Shown in pieces: positions 1 to 9,348 of a DNA stretch of 15,320 nt. This stretch comes from Thermovirgaceae bacterium. GTDB lineage: Bacteria; Synergistota; Synergistia; Synergistales; Thermovirgaceae. Numbering within the stretch: the first letter of the stretch is position 1; each line of letters opens with the position of its first letter. The stretch lies in assembly GCA_046542505.1 (NCBI GenBank), contig JBKHBH010000044.1, forward strand, positions 1-15,320, given 5' to 3'. The notes beneath the pieces are model-generated. The model made no database searches, was not told the DNA's origin, and worked only from the letters and a program-made list of their open reading frames with translations. Position numbers and translations under genes: made by a program.

Positions 1-39
1 CGGCTTCGCAACAACAACCCTCGTCTTTCGCTGCTTCAT
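1..39 (-). CDS. 5' end (13 codons, runs off window) of a probable cobalamin-binding domain protein, methylmalonyl-CoA mutase C-terminal/small-subunit type
   Basis: ATG at 39 with GGAGG at 55-51. Translates MKQRKTRVVVAKP, which resembles the R-x-R-V-(L/V)-V-A-K-P stretch preceding GLDGHDRG in stand-alone acyl-CoA mutase B12-binding subunits. The DxHxxG motif itself is outside the window. Confidence 0.65.
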   Translation of the reverse strand, partial: MKQRKTRVVVAKP

Positions 40-98
40 CGGTCTTCGTACCTCCGTCCGTTCGCCTGACATTCGATTCGATGACGGTTCGGCAAACC

Positions 99-311
99 TC
101 ACCGATTTAGTATATCTATCCCTGCAAAAGCGTAGAAAGCGAAATAAATCGCCCCTGCAAAAACAAACCCCAGCAGGATGCGCAGAAAGAGGACCGTTCC
201 CGCTCCGCCCGGCCACTTCCCCTCACTTATCCTGACGACAGCTCGCGAAATCAGCAAGGCTAGAAGAAAAAAACCGAGCGCCATAAAGGCCTGCACATTC
301 ACCGGCGACAT
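99..311 (-). CDS. Small hypothetical membrane protein, 70 aa, two predicted TM helices
   Basis: ATG at 311 preceded by GGGAGGG (324-318). Hydrophobic stretches AFMALGFFLLALLI and VLFLRILLGFVFAGAIYFAFYAFAGI joined by GKWPGGAG. The track's start at 455 would run through a terminator, so 311 is preferred. Confidence 0.8.
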   Translation of the reverse strand: MSPVNVQAFMALGFFLLALLISRAVVRISEGKWPGGAGTVLFLRILLGFVFAGAIYFAFYAFAGIDILNR

Positions 312-365
312 GATATTCCCTCCCGCACCTTTTCTCACAAAGTTACACAAAACGCACCGCCAAGT

Positions 366-393
366 ATTGTAACAGGAACGGCCACCATGGAAA
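366..393 (-). promoter_or_regulatory. Putative extended -10 sigma70 promoter for the small membrane protein / B12-binding gene unit
   Basis: Minus strand TG-t-TACAAT (374-366) with weak -35 TTTCCA (393-388, 16-nt spacer), just downstream of the terminator. Confidence 0.5.
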
Positions 394-407
394 CGTTTTC
401 CCAAAGG

Positions 408-435
408 AAAAGCGGCCCTTTCAGGGCCGCTTTTT
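408..435 (-). terminator. Intrinsic terminator closing the tig...oxidoreductase run, probably bidirectional
   Basis: Inverted repeat AAAAGCGGCCCT-(3 nt)-AGGGCCGCTTTT. On the minus strand the GC stem is followed by TTTTCCTTT. Lies ~50 nt after the stop codon at 483. Confidence 0.85.
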
Positions 436-482
436 AGGGTGTCCTCTTCTGTCAAAAATTGCAGAACCTGCGAAGCCTCAAT

Positions 483-1463
483 CTACCTGCCGACGGCAGC
501 TTCGCCGTTTTCTTCAGATTCGCCTGGCAAATGAATCTGTTTGAGCACCGAAATGGCTACCTCCAGTGCTCTTTTCCCGTCCATGATACCCACGAGAGGC
601 TGGCGCCCCTCCCTCACACAGGTGACGAAATGTTGCAGTTCCAGCTTGAGGGGCTCGCGTTTCGGGAAAACAGGATGCTCAATCACTTCCATCAGGCTGC
701 TTCCCTTTTCCCTTATACAACGATGTATAGAAACATCCTGCGTTTCGTAGTTCAGTGAGATAAACCGCTCTGGTTCCATGATTTCCAGTTGCCTCAAACG
801 CCTTTCCGAAACGCGGCTTACCAGAATATGAGCCAGCGTTCCGTTCTCAAAGGAAATCTGGGCTGTTGCCACATCCTCAAGGGGCGACCGGATGGAGCGT
901 CCCATGGCCATGATAGATGTAATCTCCGACGGAACGAGGGACAGGATGATGTCGATGTCATGGATCATCAGGTCCAGGACAACCCCCACATCGTTGATAC
1001 GCGAGGAAAAGGGGCCCATTCGCCTCGACTGGAGAAAAAGAGGATTGTTCACGATATTCCGTACATGCTGGACGGCACTGTTGAATCTTTCGATGTGCCC
1101 GACCTGCAGGACGAGATTTTTTGATGCCGCCAGCTTGAGGAGGCTTTCGGCTTCCTTGACGGTGGAGGTAACGGGCTTTTCGATCAGAACATGGCATCCT
1201 GATTCAAGCAAAATACTGGCAACTTCGTAATGATCAACGGTAGGAACCACTACACTGACCGCGTGAGGCCGCGCAACTGCCAAAAACTTCTCTACGTCGG
1301 TGTAATGCGGGACACCAAGCGTTTCCCCGATGGACGCTGCCCTGTCCTCGTTGACATCCACCACACCGACGAGGTCAGTGTTCAGCAGTTCCGTATATAC
1401 TCTTGCATGATGATAGCCAAGGTGCCCGACTCCTATAACGCCAACGCGCAAAGGCCCCATCAA
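483..1463 (-). CDS. Gfo/Idh/MocA family NAD(P)-dependent oxidoreductase
   Basis: Rossmann GVIGVGHLG, LIEKP, VGHIERFN and DLMIHDID motifs. GGAG at 1475-1472. Start is TTG 1463 or ATG 1460. Confidence 0.9.
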   Translation of the reverse strand: MMGPLRVGVIGVGHLGYHHARVYTELLNTDLVGVVDVNEDRAASIGETLGVPHYTDVEKFLAVARPHAVSVVVPTVDHYEVASILLESGCHVLIEKPVTSTVKEAESLLKLAASKNLVLQVGHIERFNSAVQHVRNIVNNPLFLQSRRMGPFSSRINDVGVVLDLMIHDIDIILSLVPSEITSIMAMGRSIRSPLEDVATAQISFENGTLAHILVSRVSERRLRQLEIMEPERFISLNYETQDVSIHRCIREKGSSLMEVIEHPVFPKREPLKLELQHFVTCVREGRQPLVGIMDGKRALEVAISVLKQIHLPGESEENGEAAVGR

Positions 1464-1466
1464 CGA

Positions 1467-2297
1467 TCACACTCCAAAATTGGGATTGCTGGAAACCCTT
1501 AGATCACTACAATCATTTTCCCCACTGTCGCTGCCTTTGTGGCCTGAATGATCAATGCGGGCCAGAAGAAAGTTTCGCTGTCGGTCTCCTGCGCGGTAGG
1601 AATAAAAAACGTCATTCTGGCAACGTGTACAGTAAGGGATGCGTGAAACCGCATTTTTCGGGATTCCGTAATCAAGGAACTGGTGTTCGATCATCCCTGG
1701 GAGGTCAAAATGCACCTTTTCCCTTTTGAGGATAACATATTCCCGCGGAAAGACCTTCATCCCCCACCGTGTCCAGGGATCCTCGATTCTTCTTTCGTAG
1801 CACTCCCTGCAAATCCCGGGTCCTATCCATGCGGTCGCACCTTCAAGTGAGCCGGGGCCACAAGTTTCCATGACATGGGACAGCATGGCAGATACCACGT
1901 TTTTCCCTGTTCCAACAAAGCCGGAGTGCCCAAAAACGATCCAGTTGCGGGGGAACCGGCCACAGACGACAACGGGCAGGCAATCCGCGAACTGGAGGCT
2001 CCCGATAATTCCCCTTTTGTCGATGAACAAACCGTCGGCTTCAGGCCTCGCCGGGAGGGACGAATTTTTTTCGGCCCTGATAATGTTTTTTCCGTGCACC
2101 TGCCTCGGCGACACCACAAAAGATCTTAAAGCTTCCCCCGAAACCTGCGCGGCTATACGGCGTGGATCACCTTCAGCCCTTTCGGTCACAGGTCCCCTTG
2201 CATACAGCTTGATGGACATTTCCGTCCCCTCACTATAGGTAAGTATCCACTGTTTTACGGATTGTTCAAGAGACCAGGTGTCAGGGCGCAAGGGCAT
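1467..2297 (-). CDS. pgeF: PgeF/YfiH/YlmD family protein (laccase-domain / purine nucleoside phosphorylase-like)
   Basis: QVHG, ADG, ADCLPV, HSG, IGPGICxxCYE, DL and CTxC...FYSYR motifs. ATG at 2297 overlaps the folC stop (TGATG); in-frame GTG at 2300 is the alternative start. Confidence 0.85.
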   Translation of the reverse strand: MPLRPDTWSLEQSVKQWILTYSEGTEMSIKLYARGPVTERAEGDPRRIAAQVSGEALRSFVVSPRQVHGKNIIRAEKNSSLPARPEADGLFIDKRGIIGSLQFADCLPVVVCGRFPRNWIVFGHSGFVGTGKNVVSAMLSHVMETCGPGSLEGATAWIGPGICRECYERRIEDPWTRWGMKVFPREYVILKREKVHFDLPGMIEHQFLDYGIPKNAVSRIPYCTRCQNDVFYSYRAGDRQRNFLLARIDHSGHKGSDSGENDCSDLRVSSNPNFGV

Positions 2298-3658
2298 CAC
2301 CCCATCTCCGCAGGATCAGTCAGGCTGAGGATTTCCGAAAGAAGATACAGACTTCCACAGCACAGCACAGTCCGGTTTCTCTTCAATGCTTCCTCCAGTG
2401 CTCCTGCGGGTGATTCAACGGCTTTGGCCGCAGCAGGCCATCCCTCTCCGCTTTGGGCGGCTTCAAGCAGGTACGAAGGTTCAGCGGATCGTTCCATTCC
2501 TGAAACCCGTGTCAAAAAAAGATCGCCACCTGTTCTCTTTAAATGATCAAGGGATTGGCGGTAATCCTTGTCTTTCATTGAGGCAAAGATAATGGAGATT
2601 TCCCCTTCCAGGGAAAGATCCGATATGGCCTTTACCAGAGCGGCCGTCCCCTGCGGGTTGTGAGCTCCATCGAGGATGATGGTGTGGTCTTTCGTCCTCC
2701 TGATGTCGAACCTCCCAGGCAACCGGGCGATCCTGAAACCTTCTCTCATTTGCTCTTCCGAGACGGAAACGGTTCCCGCGGGAAAAAGGGTGAGTGCAGC
2801 CATGGCATTCACGGCATTTGCAGCCTGGTGCCGCCCGATAAGTCCTGTCTTCAGGTCCCTGTATGTTTTTCCCATGCAGGAAGCGTCAAAACGGGTACCC
2901 CCCGGATCTATTTTCGTGACCGCCCAGGTCGCTGCAGAAGAAAGGATGATGCCCTGGTTTTTCAAAAGATTGCACCGATCGCTATACATTTTCTCAAGTT
3001 TTTCGTCCCCGCCCGCGAAACAGCTTTTGCCCCCCGGCCTGAGAACGGCGAATTTTTCGCCTGCCACGCCGGCAAGACTGTCTCCCAGGTATTTCTCATG
3101 ATCCAGCCCGATGGTGGTAATCACTGAAACAAGAACGCGCGAAAGGATGTTCGTCGCATCCAGTCGTCCTCCAAGGCCGGCCTCCACGACGGCGATTTCC
3201 ACATTCTCATTGGCGGCCAGCAAAAAGGCCGCAGCCGTTGAGACTTCAAAAAAAGTCGGTGCCTCACCGTTCTTGCGAAGCACCGACTCCAGCAAATCGA
3301 TTGCATGATGCCATGCATCGGGATCCAGAATATCGCCGCCTACACGAAGTCTTTCACCGAAATGCGTCAGATGGGGACTTGTATAAAGCGCCGTCTTTAA
3401 TCCAGCGTACCTAAGAACCGACTCAATAAAAGCCGACGTGGACCCCTTTCCGTTGGTCCCCACAACGTGAACAGCGGGGAAGGAGCGCTCCGGATGCCCG
3501 ACTCCTTCAAGGAGCCGGGCTATCCTTGAAAGCCCCGGCCTGATACCCGAGTGAGAAAGGTTCATCATTCGCTTCTCCACCTCGTCGAAGGCGGTCGCGG
3601 TATGGCTTCGCTGTTTCATGGAGGTCGCCCTTTCCCCGGCCCTGTGCAGGCCTGTCAT
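2297..3658 (-). CDS. folC: Folylpolyglutamate synthase / dihydrofolate synthase
   Basis: HVVGTNGKGST, YTSPHL, EAGLGGRLDATN, DHxxYLG, LDGAHNP and GSLYL motifs. Directly after valS, a common pairing. Start 3658 (TAATG overlap) or ATG 3619. Confidence 0.95.
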   Translation of the reverse strand: MTGLHRAGERATSMKQRSHTATAFDEVEKRMMNLSHSGIRPGLSRIARLLEGVGHPERSFPAVHVVGTNGKGSTSAFIESVLRYAGLKTALYTSPHLTHFGERLRVGGDILDPDAWHHAIDLLESVLRKNGEAPTFFEVSTAAAFLLAANENVEIAVVEAGLGGRLDATNILSRVLVSVITTIGLDHEKYLGDSLAGVAGEKFAVLRPGGKSCFAGGDEKLEKMYSDRCNLLKNQGIILSSAATWAVTKIDPGGTRFDASCMGKTYRDLKTGLIGRHQAANAVNAMAALTLFPAGTVSVSEEQMREGFRIARLPGRFDIRRTKDHTIILDGAHNPQGTAALVKAISDLSLEGEISIIFASMKDKDYRQSLDHLKRTGGDLFLTRVSGMERSAEPSYLLEAAQSGEGWPAAAKAVESPAGALEEALKRNRTVLCCGSLYLLSEILSLTDPAEMG

Positions 3659-6324
3659 TACGCACGTCGCAAGCTTTCAAGGTTCCTTTCTACGTTGTGG
3701 ATCCTTTTTTTGTGCTCCTCCAGCCTCCATTTTTCCTTTTCCACAACCTCTTGTGGGGCATTTTGCAGGAACTTCCCGTTTTTGAGTTTTTTCCTGCACT
3801 TTTCCGCCGCCTTTTCGCTTTTTTGCATTTCCTGCTGCAGTCGGCGGATTTCCGCAGGGACGTCAAGCAGATCCCCCACGGGCAAAAAGATTTCTCCAAA
3901 GGGCAATGCGGCCGTCAGGGCCTTTGGTGGTTTTTCTCCGTCGGAGTTCAGAAAACTGAAGTCCTCTATATTGGTGAGAAGGGAGAGCAGATCGGTATTT
4001 TGTTCCACCACAAAGCGCACGTTCATATCTGTCATGACAAGAAAACCTTTAGAAAGTCTTTTCTGCGGGGGAAATCCCCCTTCGGCACGAAGATTACGGA
4101 AACTCCGGACAATCTCCTGAAAATATGACATCTTCTCCGATTCTTCACTCTCATCCAGCAGGTTTCGCGCTATGGGCCAATTTCCCTTTTCTATGGATCC
4201 TGCACCAAATTCGAACAGGTTCCATAACTCCTCCGTGACGAAAGGAATGAAAGGATGAAGCATTTTCAGTATGTCCTTGAGTGTTTCCTCAAGAACCCAC
4301 CTGGAGGCTTCCTTGCGGGCGATCCCTTCCTCACCCCTCAGGGCGGGTTTTGCCATTTCCAGATACCAGTCACAGAATTCGCTCCATACAAATTCATAAA
4401 GGCCTTTGGCCGCTTCACCGTAATGATATGTGTCGAGATTTGAGGAAACTTCCTTGATGACGGTATCCCGACGGGCCAGTATCCAGGAATCGTGGTCCCG
4501 GAGAGAGGTCTCCTGCGGTTTTTCAGGACTACCCCCGCCGTGAAGGTACATGCCTGCGAAACGGGCCGCATTCCAAAGCTTGTTCAGGAAATGCCGGTAC
4601 GCTTCTATGCGTTCGCGGCTCAGAAAAATATCCCGTCCCTGAACGGTCAGGGCGGCAAGGGTCAACCGCAGGGAATCTGCGCCATACTCCTCGATGATTT
4701 CCAGGGGATCTATGACATTCCCCTTGGATTTGCTCATTTTCTGGCCTTGTTCGTCGCGGACGAGAGCATGAATGTAGACCGTATGGAAAGGGATCTCATT
4801 CATGAATTTCAGGCCCATCATGATCATCCTGGCGACCCAGAAAAAGAGGATGTCAAAGCCTGTCGTCAAAAGATTCGTCGGGTAATAATACTCGAGATCC
4901 TCTGTCTCGTCCGGCCAACCTAGGGTCGAAAAGGGCCAGAGAGCACTGCTGAACCACGTGTCGAGAACATCCTCTTCCTGGTGAATATTGGTGCTTTTAC
5001 AGGCTTCACACCTGTCGGGATCCTGTTCGGAAACCGTCACCGCCCCGCAGTCACCGCACGTCCAGGCTGGGATCCTGTGACCCCACCAGAGCTGTCTTGA
5101 AATGCACCAGTCGCGAATATTCTCCATCCACTGGAAATAGGTAGTCTCCCACTGCTCCGGGACAATCCTTATGTCCTTTTCCCTGACGGCCCGCATGGCT
5201 TCGGAGGCGAGGGGGGCGGTTTTTACAAACCACTGTTCCGAAAGGAATGGTTCGATCATGGTTCCGCACCGGTAACAACGTCCGACGGCATGCTCATGAC
5301 GTTCCTTTCTCACCATCTGTCCGCTTTCCTCGAGCAGGGTCACGATCTTTTTCCTAGCATCATATCGATCCATCCCGACGAAGGAGTTCCCGGCCGCTTC
5401 ACTCATCTTTCCTGTTTCGTCGATCACCTGGATCGGTTCGAGTCCATGCCTTTCTCCCACGAGAAAGTCATTAGGGTCATGGGCCGGTGTGATCTTGACA
5501 AGACCAGTTCCGAATTCGGGGTCCACCATGTTGTCCTCGATGACGGGTATTTCTCGGTCGCAAAGAGGTACACGCACGCGCTTGCCGATAAATCGCGCGT
5601 TCTTTTCGTCTCTGGGGTGCACGGCAACCGCAACATCGCCCAAGATTGTTTCCGGTCTCGTTGTCGCCACGGTGATGCTTCCGCTTTCCTCCACGAAGGG
5701 GTAGCTTACGTAATAGAGCATACCCTCAGTCGGTTCATGTTCCACTTCCAGATCTGACAATGCCGTGCGACATCTTGGACACCAGTTGATGATATATTTT
5801 CCCTTATATACAAGGCCTTCATCGTACAACCTCACAAACACGGCCCTGACGGCCCGCGACAATCCTTCGTCCATGGTAAAGCGCTCCCTGCTCCAGTCGC
5901 AGGAAGCCCCCAGCTTTTTCAACTGGTTGATGATCCGGTTTCCGTATTCTTCCTTCCACTCCCAGACTTTCTCCACAAAGGCCTCTCTGCCCACATCGTG
6001 CCGGGATTTGCCTTCCTCCTGAAGCCTGCGCTCCACAACGTTCTGTGTCGCTATTCCGGCATGGTCCGTTCCGGGCAGCCACATGACGTTTTTCCCTCTC
6101 ATCCGCATGTAACGGCAGGTGATATCCTGGAGGGTGTTGTTCAGGGCATGTCCCATATGCAGTGAACCGGTGACATTGGGCGGCGGGATTACGATACTGA
6201 AAGGTTCTTTCCCCTCGTCGGGTTCGGAGTGGAAAAGCCCCGTTTCAAGCCACCAGGAGTACCACTTGTCCTCTATCGGGGCGGGGTCATAGGCTTTCCC
6301 TATTTCAAGGCCTTTGTCGGTCAT
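3658..6324 (-). CDS. valS: Valine--tRNA ligase
   Basis: PPPNVTGSLHMGH (HIGH), GTDHAGIATQ, ATTRPET, DWCISRQLWWGH and KMSKS motifs, C-terminal coiled coil. AAAAGGAGGA RBS at 6343-6334. Confidence 0.98.
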   Translation of the reverse strand: MTDKGLEIGKAYDPAPIEDKWYSWWLETGLFHSEPDEGKEPFSIVIPPPNVTGSLHMGHALNNTLQDITCRYMRMRGKNVMWLPGTDHAGIATQNVVERRLQEEGKSRHDVGREAFVEKVWEWKEEYGNRIINQLKKLGASCDWSRERFTMDEGLSRAVRAVFVRLYDEGLVYKGKYIINWCPRCRTALSDLEVEHEPTEGMLYYVSYPFVEESGSITVATTRPETILGDVAVAVHPRDEKNARFIGKRVRVPLCDREIPVIEDNMVDPEFGTGLVKITPAHDPNDFLVGERHGLEPIQVIDETGKMSEAAGNSFVGMDRYDARKKIVTLLEESGQMVRKERHEHAVGRCYRCGTMIEPFLSEQWFVKTAPLASEAMRAVREKDIRIVPEQWETTYFQWMENIRDWCISRQLWWGHRIPAWTCGDCGAVTVSEQDPDRCEACKSTNIHQEEDVLDTWFSSALWPFSTLGWPDETEDLEYYYPTNLLTTGFDILFFWVARMIMMGLKFMNEIPFHTVYIHALVRDEQGQKMSKSKGNVIDPLEIIEEYGADSLRLTLAALTVQGRDIFLSRERIEAYRHFLNKLWNAARFAGMYLHGGGSPEKPQETSLRDHDSWILARRDTVIKEVSSNLDTYHYGEAAKGLYEFVWSEFCDWYLEMAKPALRGEEGIARKEASRWVLEETLKDILKMLHPFIPFVTEELWNLFEFGAGSIEKGNWPIARNLLDESEESEKMSYFQEIVRSFRNLRAEGGFPPQKRLSKGFLVMTDMNVRFVVEQNTDLLSLLTNIEDFSFLNSDGEKPPKALTAALPFGEIFLPVGDLLDVPAEIRRLQQEMQKSEKAAEKCRKKLKNGKFLQNAPQEVVEKEKWRLEEHKKRIHNVERNLESLRRA

Positions 6325-6351
6325 TTTTGCGCGTCCTCCTTTTACATCCCG

Positions 6352-7002
6352 TTACTGCCGGGCCGGATCGTCGCCCTTTCGGGGCTTCCCGAAATCTTCC
6401 GACAACCGGGCAAGGAAATCGTCAAGGGTTTCCCTGAGTTCGTCTACAGTAATATTTTTTTCCGTTGAGACACAGAGGGGAGCTCCAATCGTTTCCGGAA
6501 GGTCCTTGAGATGCTTTCGGTACAATCCGACCCGTTTCGTCGTCGGTATCTTGTCGGTCTTGGTGAATACTATCAGGAAAGGAACCCTGTGCACCGAAAG
6601 CCAGTGCTGGAGTTGCCTGTCATTCTCCAGCATCCCGTGTCGGAAATCAACGAGATGAATCACGAGCGTCAGAGATCCTCTTTTTGCGATGTACCCTTCG
6701 ATAAGATCGGCCCAGTGCGCCCGTTCCTTCTTTCCTCTTTTGGCGAATCCAAAACCAGGAAGGTCGACGAGCTGGAATGCTCTTTTTGCCTGGACAATGT
6801 AGAAATTGAGGCTCCTCGTTTTTCCCGGCTCGCGGCTCACTTTCGCAATGCGCCTTTTCAAGAGCGCGTTGATCAGCGAGGATTTGCCCACGTTCGACCT
6901 TCCAGCAAATGCAATTTCCGGCAGACTTTCCGCCGGAAGCTGGTCCGACGTGTAAGATGTCGTAACAAGCGTCCCGGACCAGTTCGCCCCGGTCATTTTC
7001 AC
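6352..7002 (-). CDS. engB: Ribosome biogenesis GTPase EngB/YihA/YsxC
   Basis: G1 GRSNVGKS, G2 PGKT, G3 DLPG, G4 TKTDK. Directly after lon. Start GTG 7002 (GTGA overlap with lon stop) or ATG 6996. Confidence 0.95.
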   Translation of the reverse strand: MKMTGANWSGTLVTTSYTSDQLPAESLPEIAFAGRSNVGKSSLINALLKRRIAKVSREPGKTRSLNFYIVQAKRAFQLVDLPGFGFAKRGKKERAHWADLIEGYIAKRGSLTLVIHLVDFRHGMLENDRQLQHWLSVHRVPFLIVFTKTDKIPTTKRVGLYRKHLKDLPETIGAPLCVSTEKNITVDELRETLDDFLARLSEDFGKPRKGDDPARQ

Positions 7003-9347
7003 GCACCCACTGCGTTTCGCAGGACTTCTATGATATTGCTCCTGAAGTTCAATGTTATGCCTTTCGTCACCCAGGCGGGCATCTCTTCAAACTCCGGCGC
7101 GTTAGCCGACGGAAAAACAGCCTCGGTCAGACCATGCCGTTTTGCCGCAAGCAGTTTTTCCCTGACGCCCCCGACGGGGAGGATCTCACCTCGAAGGGTG
7201 ATCTCACCGCTCATGGCGACGTCGCTTCGCACCGGTTTTCCGGAAAGCGCCGAGTACATGACCGTCGCCAGCGCTATCCCAGCTGAAGGCCCGTCCTTGG
7301 GTATGGCTCCCTCAGGCACGTGTACGTGAAGGTCTGTCTTGTCCCACTTGATGTTTTTCAATCCGAGATCTGCCGCATGTGCCTTGAGATATCCCAAGGC
7401 AGTCTGCGCTGATTCCTGCATGATCTCACCAAGATTTCCCGTGAGGGCGACTTTCCCCTTGCCTTCCATGGCAGCGGCCTCTATGACAAGGACATCACCT
7501 CCGGATTCCGTCCATGCGAGTCCTATGACAGCCCCTTTTTGGGGATTCTTCGGCAGGCGGGCATCATAATGTTTCGGGGTTCCAAGATAGTTTCGAAGAT
7601 CCTTCACCGTCACTTTCACGGCCGGGACCGATTTTTTCCTGCGCCCCTTGTCTTCCACCAGGCGCCTCGTGACTTTCCTTGCTATGCGCGCCAGTTGCCT
7701 TTCGAGCTCCCTGACTCCCGCCTCGCGCGTATAGTCGCTTATGGTTTTCTTGATGGCGTTGGGGGAAAAGCTCAGATAATCCTTTTCGAGGCCGTGTTCC
7801 GCGATCACTTTCGGTACAAGATGGCGTCTTGCGATCTGATACTTTTCCTCGGCGACATATCCTGGAAGACGGATGATCTCCATTCTGTCCTGCAACGGTT
7901 TTGGTATTGAATGCGTCACGTTTGCCGTGGTAATAAAAAGCACGTTGCTCAAGTCAAAGTGAACTTCGAGGAAATGATCGGTAAAACTGCTGTTCTGCTC
8001 AGGATCCAGCACTTCGAGCAGCGCAGCCGAGGGGTCGCCGCGGAAGTCGGCGCCGATCTTGTCGACTTCGTCGAGAAGCATGACGGGATTCTTCGTTCCC
8101 GCCTGCCTGATTTTCTGGATGATCCTTCCCGGCAGCGAACCGATATAGGTCCTCCTGTGCCCCCGTATTTCAGCCTCATCCCTGATACCTCCAAGTGACA
8201 TGTTAACGAAACTTCTTCCAAGCGCCCTGGCAATCGACCTTCCAAGGGATGTCTTCCCGACGCCGGGAGGACCTACAAAACAGAGAACCTGCGACTTCGT
8301 TCTGCTTCCGGCCTGTTTTCTGACTGCCAGAAATTCCAGGATACGCTCCTTCGCTTCTTCAAGTCCCCAGTGGTCTTCGTCAAGAACCTTCTCGGCGTAC
8401 CTGATGTCAACGGTGTCCCTCGATCGTTTTTCCCATGGGAGGTTCACAAGCCAGTCCACATAGGTACGAACCACTGTCGCTTCCGCTGAAAGAGACGGCA
8501 TCTTTGACAGTCGTTCAACTTCGTAAAGTGCCTTCTCGCGGACCTCCTGGGGCATCCCGGCTTCCTTTACCTGGTCCTTCAGCTTTTCGACCTCCGATGT
8601 CTCGTCGGTCTGTCCAAGTTCATCCTGAATAGCCTTGAGCTGTTCCCTGAGATAAAACTCTTTTTGCCCTTTTTCGAGCTCCTGGCGGACCCGTTCATGA
8701 ATGGACTGCTCTACTTCGAGAATCTCGATTTCCCTCAACAGGATTTTCAGTATTTTTTCAAGTCGTTCCGCTGTGTCGGCTGTTTCGAGCAAGTCCTGCC
8801 TGTCGAAAATCCTGGTCAGAAGATGTGACGCAACAAGATCCGCCAGAAAATCGGGATCGTCCACATTGGAGAGAGACATCATGACTTCTTCAGGTATTCT
8901 GGGATGCAGGGACACATACTTCTCGAACTGTGCCGAGACGGACCGCTTGAGCGGTTCCAGTTCGTCGTTTCCCGCCGCAGTTCGAGAAAGCATGCCGGAA
9001 TACCTGCATTCGAAATGGTCTTCCTGCACATAGATGCTCTCTATCCTGAGTCGCCCGAGACCCTCGACGAGGACTTTCGTCGAACCATCGGGAAGCCTGA
9101 CCATCTGCACAATCGAGGCTTCTGTGCCCACCTGGTAGAGATCCTCGGGTTCAGGATCATCCTGGTTCATGTCTTTCTGGGTTACGATGCAGATCTTCCG
9201 GTCACGTTCCGCAGCTTCTTCTAGGGCTCTCCGGGAGCGCGGCCTTCCGACAAAAAGCGGGGCCACTACTCCGGGGAAAAGCACGAGATCACGAACGGAC
9301 AGAACGGGAAGGGTCCCCGGGCTGCCGTTATTTTCAGTGGTGGTCAA
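6999..9347 (-). CDS. lon: ATP-dependent protease La (LonA)
   Basis: Lon N-domain, Walker A GPPGVGKT, GHRRTYIG, Walker B LLDEVDK, catalytic PKDGPSAG and downstream Lys (REKLLAA). Start reassigned to TTG 9347, 9 nt after GAGGAGG (9363-9357) inside the clpX 3' end. Confidence 0.97.
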   Translation of the reverse strand: MTTTENNGSPGTLPVLSVRDLVLFPGVVAPLFVGRPRSRRALEEAAERDRKICIVTQKDMNQDDPEPEDLYQVGTEASIVQMVRLPDGSTKVLVEGLGRLRIESIYVQEDHFECRYSGMLSRTAAGNDELEPLKRSVSAQFEKYVSLHPRIPEEVMMSLSNVDDPDFLADLVASHLLTRIFDRQDLLETADTAERLEKILKILLREIEILEVEQSIHERVRQELEKGQKEFYLREQLKAIQDELGQTDETSEVEKLKDQVKEAGMPQEVREKALYEVERLSKMPSLSAEATVVRTYVDWLVNLPWEKRSRDTVDIRYAEKVLDEDHWGLEEAKERILEFLAVRKQAGSRTKSQVLCFVGPPGVGKTSLGRSIARALGRSFVNMSLGGIRDEAEIRGHRRTYIGSLPGRIIQKIRQAGTKNPVMLLDEVDKIGADFRGDPSAALLEVLDPEQNSSFTDHFLEVHFDLSNVLFITTANVTHSIPKPLQDRMEIIRLPGYVAEEKYQIARRHLVPKVIAEHGLEKDYLSFSPNAIKKTISDYTREAGVRELERQLARIARKVTRRLVEDKGRRKKSVPAVKVTVKDLRNYLGTPKHYDARLPKNPQKGAVIGLAWTESGGDVLVIEAAAMEGKGKVALTGNLGEIMQESAQTALGYLKAHAADLGLKNIKWDKTDLHVHVPEGAIPKDGPSAGIALATVMYSALSGKPVRSDVAMSGEITLRGEILPVGGVREKLLAAKRHGLTEAVFPSANAPEFEEMPAWVTKGITLNFRSNIIEVLRNAVGA

Positions 9348-9348
9348 A

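Noticed and set aside
332..352. Rex operator candidate (TTGTGA-containing)
   Set aside because: The elements are in direct, not inverted, orientation and do not fit TTGTGAA-N4-TTCACAA.
6511..7329. 272-aa plus-strand ORF, and the many other short track ORFs inside valS, folC, lon and tig
   Set aside because: All overlap confidently identified genes and show no motifs of their own.
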